Below, in pieces: positions 40,879-54,299 of a DNA stretch of 64,000 nucleotides. Each line of letters starts with the position of its first letter. Position 1 is the first letter of the stretch. The stretch comes from the human T2T-CHM13v2.0 reference genome, Homo sapiens. Location of the stretch: the NCBI RefSeq assembly GCF_009914755.1, contig NC_060942.1; one strand, written 5' to 3'. The translations under genes and the position numbers were made by a program. The notes under the pieces are model-generated. The model saw only the letters and a program-made list of their open reading frames with translations. It was not told where the DNA came from and searched no databases.

Positions 40879-43800
40879 AACATATCTTCCCAGACCTCTT
40901 GGCAGAGGAGATTATAGACTGAAGTAGGGAATGACAGAAGCAAGAAAAAGGAACTCATTCTGGTGGGAGATGGGGGAGAGGTGGTTTTCAATGGTTAATT
41001 CTTCTACCTCTACCACTTTTAGCCTGTTACAGTCTGCAATATCCCCTTAGAAATGACTCAGTGATCACATTATTGGATCTCACTCTTGTGAAAACCTCCT
41101 AAGGCAGAGAGAAGTCAAGTTGTGCAGAAAGTTATCACCTGGCACTGATGATTGATCTTAGGTGTGACATTTTGTTCCTCTTTTCTTATCCCTGGATCTC
41201 TTTCCTGCTATGTAGTCTCCATACACAACAAACTTTAACAGCACATTGAGGCATGAATTCATCAAGCATCCTGTGCTCCCTCACGGCATCAGAACACCAC
41301 TTCCCCTCTGTCTCCTGACAGTGAGCTCAGAAATTAACTCACAATAAGGTGCTGATGGCTAATTTGAAGTTAATATGTAACCTCTCTCAAAATGATGTGG
41401 ATTTGAAGCAGAGATGTGAAGAGAAAGGCAATATATGAACATGAAAGAAACAAATCACCTCCACTGGTCAAATATCCTGGTAGATGTCTGGAGACAAACC
41501 GTAGGGCAGAGGATATATTTATATTTCCTTCAAATTCTAAACATAGGCTGGTCCTAGTGAGAGTAAACAAAAACACATTTATCATACTTATCAATTGAGT
41601 TATTATTTTAAAATATGCCTTCCACAATTAAGTTGCCTTGGGTGGATTTGTGTAACATGCCACTAAAAATACCATGAAATAAACATAAATAAGCTAAAAT
41701 TTTCTTAGCCTTAAATTGCTGTTCTGTTTTAGAATAATATGGGCAGATAAGCTCCACAGCCTCCAAATCAGGAATTAGATGTGTTAACAGCTGTTTTTAA
41801 AATATTTTTATGTTAAGGGAAATACACGTAAGTGTACATGAAAATTTCTTGCTTTTTTTTTTTTTTACTCTCGCTATAGGTTTTACTCCATGTACATATC
41901 AAGATGGATATGTCTATGTAATAAAATATATCATATATTTACATATATGAATACATGTATACTGGGCCAAAAGCAATGCAAAACTAAGGAATTAAAGTCT
42001 GCCTTATCTACACTTTCCTCTTCTTTGCTATGTTAGCACAAATGTACTTCTCATTTGAGGGAACATGGTAGAGGAGCTGCCATCCCATCTTAATGGTACT
42101 TGATGATGCCATTGAAGAGAAGACATACTATTTATTTGGTGCTTAGCATTTAGCTTTCTTGATATCCATCACTGCTTTACATTACCCTCAGAGACACATC
42201 ACTGAATACAGTTTTGAATGGTTCCATGCTATGCATGATTTTTATGGGGGTGCACTGAGCTGTGCAGTCTGCAGCCACTGCATTCCAAACAAAAGAAGTA
42301 ATCATCTAGACACAGAGAAATGGGTTCATTGCCAACATGGAACAGGAAAGATTCAATATTCATGTTTCGACAGACCACTTAACCAGTGTTTTCCTGATAA
42401 CACGGTGCTAGAACCTAGTAGATATTCAATCAATGTTTGTTGAATGGATAAATGAGTGATTGAATAGATGCATTAGGTATCTTCAATTGGGTCTTTCTTT
42501 ATCTAGATCTTTAATATAATGCAGTCTATGGAAGATGGGGTTATAGCAATGTATTTTTAAATTGACAAGTATTCATGTTTAATAACTTTAGTTAAAGGAA
42601 TCATAAAATCCTCAAATTTATACAAATGATAAAGTTTTTTTAACTTATACCTAGTGTGAATTTTTAAATCACTTAATAAACTGTAAAAGTTTATTAAGTT
42701 GTACTAAATAATACGATGCTCATTTTATAGATTTTTCAAATTGCGGCATGTACAAATACTGGTTACATAACTTGCTTACCCACTGGCCAAGTAGGTTTTT
42801 GCTCTCCCTTTCTCATATTTCTGCTCCCTAAGTAAAATGTTACATCCTTGCATCTTTCATTTCCAGAGCTCCAACTCTCTGCCTCCTTATTTCTGATTAG
42901 ACTAGCATGAGATTTCCTTTCTTCCCATATTTTGTGTTCCATGCATTCACAGAGAGACAGATCTTAGCACCTGAAGAGACCTTAGTGATCTGCAGACTGA
43001 CTTGCTTCTTGTGGTGAGAAAGGTACCATCTTTACTATGTTACAGAAGAAATTCCCAAGAGGCCTAGAGTATGTAGGATTCACATGCTGGTGTGAATAGA
43101 GAAGAGGATGCTAGACCTTCAGGATACTTTTTTCTTCTTTTCTTAACCAACACATTTTCACTGGAGGCTTATTTATCTTTCATTTCTATAGGAGTGATAA
43201 AACTGAATGTTTTACAATTTCATTCGGTAGATCAAAGAAGATTCATTGAATGTTTTCTCCTGTGCTTTGGGCACACTCATGTCCTGTTGTATGTGTGGCG
43301 GAGGTGTGTGTGTTTAAATAACAGATGACCCTTTATAATGGGTACAGAAGATAGATAAAAATTGTTAGTGTATTAGAACTTTTTATGCCAATGCTTATTT
43401 TTAATTGAAAAAAATACAGTGAAGAATATATTATACATGTATATAATATTGGTTTTATTTTTATGATAAAGCAAGAAATGTAGATACTAAGGTGTGTTCA
43501 ATTAAGGACAGGCCAGATACAAATTTTCCTGCAGCTTGAAAATCTTGTCTACATATCCTAAGAAAGCATCTTCTGATATTGTTCACGTAGGTAGCATAAT
43601 GTCCTGAAAGTCAAGATGCCTGGGTCTTTTATCTGGTGCTAGTATTGCCGGGTGGGAGATTGAGGCATGAAATAGGTTGTCATTAAGGTCCATTCCAGCT
43701 TTAACAAGCTATTAATGAAATGTTGATTGTCAAACAGAAAATGTGCATTTTGTTGGTTGACGGAGCCACATTTGCATAAGGCTGCCCCAAACCACTCTGA

Positions 43801-44436
43801 CTGTTAATAAATGCCAGAGGACTTGCAGCAAATCAAAACACAAGTGCTGATAAAATGAATTTATAAAAAAAGAGTGATTATTTTGCTTGAAAAGCCACAG
43901 GGTGGCCTGTAGAATCTAATGCAGGGAGGCTCTGAGAATATATGAGAATAAATAGTAACAGTGTTTTCTGAGCCCACGTTGTAAGGAGAATCTAAATGAT
44001 CCAGTATGTTACCCTGTCATTTTCCACTTGCAATGTAGACAGCTAATTTTTATTTTTCAGTTTTCATTTTAAAACAAAACCAAGAGATGATGACTGCAGT
44101 GTAAGACTTACTTTCCTGTTGGGAGGAAATTGCACTGTGGGCATGATGTCTTTAACTTTAACCTTTAAAAGGTATAATTGACTTGTAGTAATTTTAGGTT
44201 AAATTATATTGTGCTGTGAGTTAGGTCACATACAAAACACTCCAGACATTTATTACGGATATGTTAAAAGTTTGTTAGATTTTATTTCCAGAGGATTTCA
44301 TTTAACAGATTTCTACTCTATATTATACTCGATCTCCTGAACAATATTAGAAACAGAGGACGGACCTTGTTTCTCTTTTGAATTTTCTGCTTCCTTCAAG
44401 CCATCATTGTTGACCCTAAAGAAAAAAGTCCACTTC

Positions 44437-45920
44437 ATATTAGCCTTCTTGGTCTACCACAATAGAACATCACAAACTAGTAACCTCGACCACATATAAT
44501 TATCTTTTTACAGTTCTGCAGGCTAGAGATCCAAGATCAAGGTGCTGGCAAGGTTGGTCTTGGTTGGGGCTTTCTTCTTGGCTTGCAGATGGCTGCCTTC
44601 TCACTGTGTCTTCACAGGGAAGAGAGAGAGAGCTCTGGTGTTTCTTTCTTTTCTTATAAGGATACAGTCCTGTTGAATTAGGACTCTACTCTTTTTTTAA
44701 CTTTTATTCTAAGTTCAGGGGTACTCGTGCGGGTTTGTTGCATAGGTAAACTTGTGTCATGGGGGGTTGTTGTACTGATTATTTCATCACAGCTATTAAG
44801 ACTGATACCCATTAGTTGCTTTTCCTGATCCTCTCCCTCCTCCCACCTTCCACCCTCTGATAGGCCCCAGTGTGTGTTTTCCCTTTGATGTGTCTGTGTG
44901 TTCTCATAATTTAGCTCCCACTTATAGGTGACAACATGTGGTATTTGGTTTTCTGTTCCTGTGTTAGTTTGCTAAGGATAATGGCTTCCAAATCCATCCA
45001 TGTTCGTGCAAAGGATATGATCTCATTCATTTATGGCTGCATAGTATTCCGTGGTATATATGTACCACATGTTCTTTATCCAGTCTATCATTGATGGACA
45101 TTTAGGTTGATTCCATGTGTTTGCTATTATGAATAGTGCTGCAATAAACACATTTGTGCATGTGTCTTTATAATATAATGATTTTTATTTCTTTGGGTAT
45201 ATACGCAGTAGTAGGATTGCTGGGTCAAATGGTATTTCTGCTCTTGGGTCTTTAAGGAATCACCACGCTGTCCTTCACAATGGCTGAACTAATTTACACT
45301 CCCACCAACAGTGTGTAAACATTCCTTTTTCTCTACAACCTTGCCAGCTCCTGTTATTTTTTGACTTTTCACTAGTAGCCATTCTGATTGTTATTGAATG
45401 GTATATCATTGTTGTTTTGATTTCCATTTCTCTAATGATCAGTGGTGAGCCTTTTATCATATGATTGTTGGCTGCATGTATATCTTCTTTTGAAAAGTGT
45501 TCATGTCCTTTGCTCACATTTTTATAGGGTCATGTTTTTTTTTTGTAAATTTGTTTTTCTTTATAGATGCTGGATATTAGACCTCTGTCAGATGCATCAT
45601 TTGCACAAGTTTTCTCCCATTCTGTAGGTTGTCTGTTTGCTCTGTTGATAGTTTCTTTTGCTGTGTAGAACTTCTTTGGTTTAATTTGATCCTACTTGTC
45701 AATTTTTGCTTTTGTTGCAATTGCTTCTGGTGTCTTTGTCATGAAATATTTTCCTGTATCTGTGTCTTGAATGGTATTGCCTAGGTTGTAGGACCCCACT
45801 CGTTATCCTTCATTTAACCTTAGCTAGCTACTGAAAGGCTCTATCCACAAATGCAATCATATATGAGGTTAAGACTTCAATATATGAACTTTGCAAGATG
45901 ACACAATTCCATCCATGACA
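44437..45920 (-). mobile_element. MLT1A/B-like LTR split by an L1 insertion (LTR halves ~44437-44691 and ~45789-45920)
   Basis: TCCAAGATCAAGGTGCTGGCA, GGCTTGCAGATGGCTGCCTTCTCACTGTGTC; resumes TCATTTAACCTTA..CTTCAATATATGAA..ACACAATTC. Confidence 0.85.
44692..45788 (-). mobile_element. 5'-truncated L1PA13-like element nested in the MLT1 LTR
   Basis: AAGTTCAGGGGTAC..CATAGGTAAACTTGTGTCATGGGGG; antisense ORF2 end (ORF 45275..45517); TSD TAGGAC(T/C)C(T/C)ACTC at 44679 and 45789. Confidence 0.9.
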
Positions 45921-46598
45921 ACATTTAAAGCTCATTTACAAATGTAATCTCTCCCTTTCACAAATATCTTAATTCAAAAGCTGAAGATAACTTCACATTT
46001 TATTTTCCAGTCTGACTCCAGTTGTAAAATAAAACATTAGCCCAATGGTTTCTTCCCCCTGAGGATATTCTATTCTGATATCTAACTTTTAAATATATGT
46101 TCACTTCTTAAAGTAGAGGGATAATAGCCACCATCTGTTTTCACTATCTTACATATGCAAACACAGAGAGCTTACCTCTGCATCTATTTGTGAAGGGTAC
46201 ACAGTTCTTCAAATGAAACCTGTAAAATGAGATATAATGTTTTACATTATTCTGGAATGTCCTCTTAAGTTTGTAAACCTTAACTCATTAATTCATGCGA
46301 TAAATTGTTAATAAACACTTACTCTGTGTCAATCACTATTCTAGGCATTGGTGTGACAATGGAGAACAAAGTTTCTCCCTCAAGGTGCTCAAAATGCCCT
46401 AGTCTAGGTAATAAAATACATGGTCACACTTCTCGTGCAGAAAAATCTCCTTTTCTGTGTTTATTGTTTTATGTCATCTTTTTTTTTCTTACCCCTCATA
46501 ACTAAGCTCAGTCATTTTTGCTGGGAAAAATATTGAGAGGAAAATGAAATGAAGTGTCTTATAATGTGCTCATCTGTAAACTGATGGATAGACTAGAA

Positions 46599-46766
46599 CA
46601 GTGGTCTTCAGTCCTAGCTATCCATTAGAATTACCTGGGGAGCTCTAAAAATATACCCTACCTGGGCCCCAGGGATTCTGATTTATTTGGTCTGTGACAT
46701 GTCCTGCCCATGAGGACATTTAAAAAGATCCCAGGGTGATGCCAATGCACAGCCTGAATTGAGACA
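46599..46766. mobile_element. MER5-like hAT MITE
   Basis: CAGTGGT..CATTAGAATTACCTGGGGAGCT..GATTCTGATTTATTTGGTCTG..GGTGAT. Confidence 0.7.
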
Positions 46767-46936
46767 TGGAATGAGGTGATCACCAAGATTCTTCATTGAT
46801 CTCAGTGTGTGAATTCTTTGGTTTTCTGCCCAGATGTAAAATTATGTTCTAGAATAAGTTGGAAAAGTCATTCTTGTTCCTCTGTATGTGTGTATCCTAG
46901 GGGCTATTAGTGATGCTTTCAAGAAAAGCATATCTG

Positions 46937-47303
<367 letters not shown>

Positions 47304-47789
47304 TTAAATAAAAATCACAAAGATCAAATCAAATTAAATTTGTATAAAATTCAAGTAGTTTACATGTAGCATGAAGTGAGGGGAGTGCAGAGAAGGGTGG
47401 GGGTGGCATGATACTGAACTGTACAGCTAAAGAGGCGCTTGTATATCACTCTAAGTGCTTCCGAGTTTATCTTAATGATGATGGTTTTGCCATTGAAAAA
47501 GTATTAAGAAGTGGAAAACATAAAGAGATCTATGTTTTGGAAATATCACACGAGAAAGACAGTGGAAAATTGCTGGAAGAGGGGCAAAACCAAAGACAAA
47601 TAGAGTTCAGGAGAGAGGCAATGCTAGAGCCTTAGTTTAAGGAAAGTAAAGAAAAAAAATAAAAAATAAAGCAAACAGAGAAGTGGGCAACACCTTGAAC
47701 AAACTGACACTCTGCAGGTCAATGGAGAAGAGAATTTCAACAAGAAAGAGGTGGTCGGCAGCATCAAACTGCATAGAGGCCGAGTAAAA

Positions 47790-48015
47790 ATTGCTACATG
47801 TATTGAGTACCGAACAATTTTCTAATTGCTTTATGTGTATTAAGTCACTTAATTTGTATAAGAACTCTGGAAGGTAGCTGTTATTATCAACTCATTTTAT
47901 ACAGGAGGAAACCAAAGTACAGGTGGTATTGTGCCAAAGACCACACAGTTCGTAAATAGCACAGTGAGAGTGTGAATCTGCAGGACTCAATTCCAGAAGC
48001 CATGCCCTTAATGAC
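47790..48015 (-). mobile_element. MIR within L2-like sequence
   Basis: GTATTGAGTAC, CTCATTTTATACAGGAGGAAAC, CCAAAGACCACACAG. Confidence 0.7.
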
Positions 48016-48053
48016 CTGCGAAATGCCTGTTAGGACAAAGAACGAGGACTATA

Positions 48054-48376
48054 TCCACCCTTCCCGCTTTACAGTCTCCTATCCATTGTATCACTCTGTA
48101 TGCCTTTGCATACCCATGGCTTATTTCTCAAAGTGAGAACATACGGTATTTGATTTTCCATTTTTGACTTATTTCACTTAGAGTAATGACTTCCAGCTCT
48201 ATGCAATTTGCTGCAAAAGACATTTCATTCTTTTTTATGGCTGAGTAGTATTCTATGGTGTATATGTACCACATTTTTAAAAATCCACTCCATGGGTCGA
48301 TAGGCATTTAGGTTGGTTCCATATCTTTGCAATTGTGAATTGTGCTGTAATAACATGCAGGTACCTTTTTGATAGG
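48054..48376 (-). mobile_element. L1PB-like fragment
   Basis: AGTGAGAACATACGGTATTTGATTTTCCAT, TTTTTATGGCTGAGTAGTATTC, TTAGGTTGGTTCCATATCTTTGCAATTGTGAATTGTGCTG. Confidence 0.85.
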
Positions 48377-51300
48377 ACTTTTGGAAATGTGCTTTTTTAA
48401 AAAATATCTCATGTGTGAAGGAAGGGTACACAATAAGGTGGTACTTGAGGGTGACTTAGCATAAAAGTATAATTATATTTGAAGTTGGAAGAGATGGAAC
48501 ACACTTATAGTCTGTTAAAAAATAGCCAAGAGGAATGCAAAAGATGGAGGTACAGGAGATTAGTCATTAAGGTAGTTTCCTATGAAGACGGAGGAGAGGG
48601 GAAGGAATCAGTTTGACTATCTCTTCCTGGGAGATAGGAGGAAAGGAAGGGAGGTGGGAAATAACAGCATTTAGGAGTCAGAAAGCTGTGAAGGAGCATT
48701 TACCCAAGACCACTTTCATTCCTCCCTATGAAATGAGTGGTGCAGGGCCTGCCCAGAGGATGGGTTAGCCTTCCAGTCATATACATGACACTGATCCAAC
48801 TTTCTCAAAAGGCATGGATGTTGCTAACTCACTCAGGTTGCAGCTGTCTTTCTCAGTCAGAGTATTCTTCAAGTTGTATTCGTCAAATTCAGTTAATATT
48901 CCCTCTCCCAAGTAAGGAGAAAGTAGGTTCCAAGCAAAAACACCCCTCAGTCAAAGAATAGCAAATAACAACCTTTTGCATAGCTTGTGTTCAGAGTTAC
49001 CCATGAGGAGTCTGAGATTGATTTGCCATTCACTGCTACCTCTCAGTGTACTGAATGAGAAGAGCACCAATGGGTAACATATCCAGTCAGATTGGCAGTG
49101 ATCAGCCTGTCTGTGGAAAGGATGTGAACTGAATTAATAATACTTTGAACTAAAGCATAAAGAACTTTGGAGGGAAGATGTCTTCAAATGAAATCCCAAG
49201 TGTACACTTTCTCCACCTCTTACTTAACAGGCGGAGTGGTTGCAAAGGGCAACTTCAACAACTTTCCACAGCAGCCCAGTTACTGTCAGTGTTACTTGAA
49301 AAGGAGAGGGGATGTGAGTTCTACAGACAGCACTTATCCCCTGAGACATAGGCACGGCTTTCGTGTTCAATCACTGTATTTAATTCAATTATCTGCCCCC
49401 GCCACCCCCAACTGTCTGCCTTACAGGGGAGGTTGGGAGGAGAGTGATGCTTGATGCTTCTGCAAGTCCCAAAAGATATGCATTCTTTATTAGGGAATTC
49501 AATGAAGGATGAGCTCTTACTCACCCAGCTGCTTCCTCTGGGAAGTCGTCATGCGGCTCCAGCTGCCTGCAGCAGGAGGATGACATGGTCTGTGCAATGC
49601 ATTGAATTTTATTTTATTTTTTTTTAGATTGAATTCAGGTAGTTGTTTGTTTTAAAGAGGGCTTATTTTAATTCATCTTTAAATATCATATTTTTGAAGG
49701 TGAAAACCATCACAAAGTCCTGTTCACCTCTAGAAATTTCAGGGTCCGGTTATCTAGACAGTTATAGTCAGGTCTAATGATTTTCCCTCTTTTCTTTCTT
49801 TGTTTTATCTATTCATTTGTTGGCTCGTTTCAAGGGATGATTAGGACTACTTCTATACAACAATTGAGGTAGAGAAGAAATAGATTACAGTTCAACTAAC
49901 TATGTTAATTTTATTTTTAGCAATAATTCTAATAAAATAATGCAATTTTTAAAATTGTGACATTTTCATAGCAAAAAATTTTATAACATAAAATAAGTAC
50001 TAAATATTATGAAAACTTATATTTTCTTAAACTAATAAATGCTCACTCTGTCAATAAAAATGAGTCATTCAGTGGTTAAAGTTCTCTTAAATAATCAAAA
50101 CTTGTTGGTTGGTGAAGAAAATTATCTAATTTATCTCAAGAAATAGTTAATTCATAAAGTGAAAGAAAAGAATAGGCCATATCAGAGAACTTCAATTGAA
50201 GAAATCTAGGCTAATCTGATTTTTTCATTAATAAGTCACAAACCTTCTAATTGTTTCAGAAAACAAACATACTGCTATTTTTTTTTTTTTTACTAAATAC
50301 AACAATAATGCCAGGAAGGTATATTATAAGCCGGTATTTTCCAAATTTGAGCCTATACATTTTTCTTTAAGAAAAGAAATTCCCAGACCCAGTAATATAC
50401 ACTCTCTGGATTTTGAGAAATACTGGCTAAGACTTTCAAACATTCCTTGAAAATATCTTTTAGCTTCAGATAATCACAACAAAATATAAAATTTATCTTT
50501 ATATGGTCAAAATTATTTTATATTCTGATTTTGGTAAAAGCTAAGAGGCAAAAAACCAAAACCTGTAGAACTTGTGGACCTATGAGTTTATACCCATAGA
50601 CTCAGTTTGAAAAACACTACTTGATGGCTATTTAACCAACACTAGAACTTTTTGACAGTTCTTTTCTTTTTCATACATGTGTTAAATTGCCTCTCTCTGA
50701 GCCTTATATTTAATTCAGTTCCTGCATCCTCCTCTCAAGTTTTCTTCACCCTTGTAGAATCTGAACAATAATGAAAGGATTGATGACAATGAGTATCTTC
50801 TGAAACTCTTTACCTAAGGGATTGGCAGGCCTGTTTTCTTTTCCATTCTGATTGGAAAAAAAAAAATTGTCCTTTGAAAATTGGTCTCATTAGGAGCTTA
50901 TTTAATCACAGATATGTCTCTATAGGTGTTGCCAACAATATATATTTATTGAGCATCAGTTAAATGTGAGATTGGTACAATTAATGTTCTACGCAATCAA
51001 TAATATTTTTTGATTAGAAGTAGTATACATCTTTATGTATAACTCACTATAAGTTTACTGAAGAGGACATTTAAAACATGTAAATTTACATTTTTCTTGG
51101 CATGTTGAGTATGTTGATGGAAAGATTAGGATGATTCACATCAAAAGATAATTATCAATACAAGTAAATGAGTAATGAAAAATAAACAGTTATAGATGAA
51201 TAATGGAGAGAAGAGTTTGGGGAAGTGAAATTTAAGCAGGATCTTGAAAGAAAAATAGAATTAGGATAGAAGAAATCGAGGCAAGAAGGCATTCCAGGCA

Positions 51301-51832
51301 GGAAACCCAAAGAGTTAGAGATGGGAAATTTTATTTGGAGGACAGAGGTTAGAACAGAAGGCTGAAACCAGATGCTTACATAAAGAGCTTTCTAAGATAG
51401 CTTCAAAGACACTGATTGCTAAGGACTTTGGACTCAGTTGCTGGAGGTGTTGAGCAGGGGACCAAAATGAAGAAAGCCATGCTTCTAGATGATTAAATTT
51501 ACAGAGGGAGGATAGAGGGGCAGGATTTTAAAAAGTATGGAACTTGAAAACTTAATTCAGGGTATTGCTTATTTTTGTTGTCTACAGTGGTATACTCACA
51601 AGAGGGTATAGACAGAGTTGTTTTTCATTTCGAGCCATTTCCCCAGTGACAAGTAATGAGGGCAATGCAGCAGATGACAAATTGAGGATGGTTATGACAC
51701 TAAGAGTTTCTCTTCTAAGGCCTGCTTCTCCCACAGGACTGCAGAGTTGAGCCAGGGAAGCTAAACACTGTATATCTTCTCTACCTTTGTTCATTGCCCT
51801 TCTTGCCTGCTCCTTATGTCTCCTGCTTAGGG

Positions 51833-52054
51833 CAGCATTTCTCAGACTCAGCAATAGTAACATTTGGGCCTGGATAATTCTTTGTTCTGGGAGGTGTACT
51901 GTGCATGGGAGTATGTTTAGAATCACCCCTGCCTCTACCTACTAGATGCCACTAGCATCCTCCTTACCTTCCCAAGTTGTAACAGCCAAACATGTTTTGA
52001 GATATTGCCAGATGTCCCCAAGAGCACCAAATCACCCTCTGTAGAGAACCACTA
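51833..52054. mobile_element. MER20 hAT-Charlie element
   Basis: ACATTTGGGCCTGGATAATTCTTTGTT, CTCTACCTACTAGATGCCA, ATTGCCAGATGTCCCC, GAGAACCACT. Confidence 0.9.
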
Positions 52055-52289
52055 GGTTCTTATAGATTATCCTGTTGAATGTTAAGCATTTGTGATAGAA
52101 GAGGGATAATTTCCCTTCTTGATGGTAGGATCATGACTAGGCTTTCAGCTTTATGAGGACTGTAGGCATCGGAGAACCACAAATGTCAAACATGCAGTTT
52201 CAGATGCTTTCTCCAATGACACATCCAACTTTCACCCTCTTCTTCTCCATTATTGTATTGCCTGATAATAATGTCAACTCTCCAGTTAA

Positions 52290-52432
52290 CTAATAATGGA
52301 TCATCAGTATCTCCTGGTTTGCCTGGGAGAGTGCTGGTTTACATCTGTTTTCCCCATTTCTATCTTGTTAGTAACTCCTTTTACTCTATAAAGTGTCTGG
52401 GGTTGGAAGGTAAATTATATGATGATTCTAAT
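52290..52432. mobile_element. MER94-like hAT-Blackjack MITE
   Basis: CCTGGTTTGCCTGGGAGAGTGCTGGTTTAC ... AAGTGTC..GTTGGA..TAAATTATATG. Confidence 0.6.
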
Positions 52433-54299
52433 ATGGGAAATCACTAGAATCATGAGAAGGCAACAAGTGAATATTAGGAAAGTAAGAGGTGAAGGGGCAA
52501 TTTGCCTTCTAGCTTCCCCGGGTAATTTTTCCTAGAGGAGACACCAGAGTTAAGACTTGAAAGCAACATTAGGAGTTAACCAGGAAAAGGGGCAAAGACA
52601 TTTACAAGACAAAGGGAACATTGGATGCTTTGCAGGGTGAGACACAGAAGTGGACAAATTGAAGAGGCAGACCAACATGCTAATATAAAAATCCAAAAGT
52701 TGTTTTTGCAAACTTTACTTCAATTTTTAATCTACCTATCAAATTTTTATCCTATCTGGGAAAATGGGCAGTGACATTTTTAGGCTATAAATTCTAAATG
52801 TGAATAACATTTATCTTTTGTAAAAGAAATAGGATTGATTGCTATAAATTGTCCAAAAGAGAAGAGGGTCAGTTCCCTAGCTTTGGGTTTGTGTATGTGG
52901 TGATATTGAAATGCACCCGTCACCTTCTTTTCCTTTTATCTGAATGTTTGTAACTAAGACGTAACTAGAGAAGATCCAGCATACCATTACACATATAGAT
53001 TTCAAAGACTTGGGAAGAAATCTTATTTCAGCATCTGTAGCTGGTTTTATTAAAAGCAGTTTAAATTCCTCTGCCTAGAGCAGTCTGGAATTATAGAGAT
53101 GGGCTGCAGAAATTTACATTTTAATTGAGGCAGAAGACAAAATAGGGCACGGTGCAGCATTCACACATTACAAGGAAGAATAAATAAGATATGTATCAGC
53201 TGGGAGAAAAAAATGACTGGTCGTTTTTCATTGCCTCCTGCACTTATTTTTTTCATATGGCACTGAGCTGAGTTAGGCCTGCTAAGCAAAGACGATTTTT
53301 CCAGTCAAAATGTTTACTATTTCAGAAAGTCCTTGTGTTGAAATATTTTCACACTATGGAACAAATACACAAATACTCAAATGGGCCTGCATTTGGTTGT
53401 CAAAGTGTGTATGGCACTGTTTATAATGTCTCAAATGTCTATAAATATAAATAACATGTCCCAATGAGCTATATAGAAAATGATTTAAAGTATGAGGTAT
53501 AACAGAATGATTGATAGACATAATCTATCTGTTAAACACTGTAATTTGAGCTATTTTATAGTTTCATAGAAATAGAATAAAATTTTATAGAAATAGAATT
53601 TTTCTCTATAGATAAATTTCATCCTTTGATTAGTGTGGAAGTCCCTCCAAAGAGTGGGAGGACTTAGGTTTTCAAACTTGAGGATTTACCTGTGTTTGGT
53701 AATCACTTTGAGAAACCACTCATTGGATTTTTCTTTTCTATTTTTTGTTATATGTTTGATCATTAATAGAAAATTAAGTTGAAAATTCATTTCCTCATAA
53801 GGGAAAAATAATAAACATAAAAAGTGTATCATGATAATGGCTTTTAAAAGTAAGTCTTTGTATTAGTGTAAATATGTTTTGTAGAAATCCACTGTAATTA
53901 AGTGTGTTTATCCATTTATTTAAGCCTTCAACTTTTATTATATCTTCTTTCAGCTGTACGTGTATTTTTACATTCATACATGCTCTTTGCCAATCATAAT
54001 TATTTTGTTAGATTAATTATAGAATTTAAAACCAATAAACAACACATTACTATAGTATGATTATCCAATTATGATTCCCTCCAGAGCTAAGTACTATAAT
54101 TGGACCCATAGTAAGAAAATGTAATTCTTTTTCCCCAAGTATGTGCCTCTCAAGCATGACGGTCAAATAGATTATCTACTTTTAGCCACCAAAACATATC
54201 TTAATTTTCTTTATTATTTGACTATGACTTTCCATTTTGCTTTTTCTAGAATTTTAAAATGACATTTTATTGTCTTTAAAAAATAATAACATGCCTTTA

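Noticed and set aside
48045-48382. AGGACT on both sides of the tail-less L1PB fragment as a TSD
   Set aside because: 6-bp match not flush with the junctions; later deletion explains the missing tail equally well
49601-49636. ATTGAATT direct repeat around a T-rich run (solo poly(A) insertion or 11-nt micro-exon)
   Set aside because: 8-bp AT-rich match is weak and there is no L1 endonuclease consensus at the expected side
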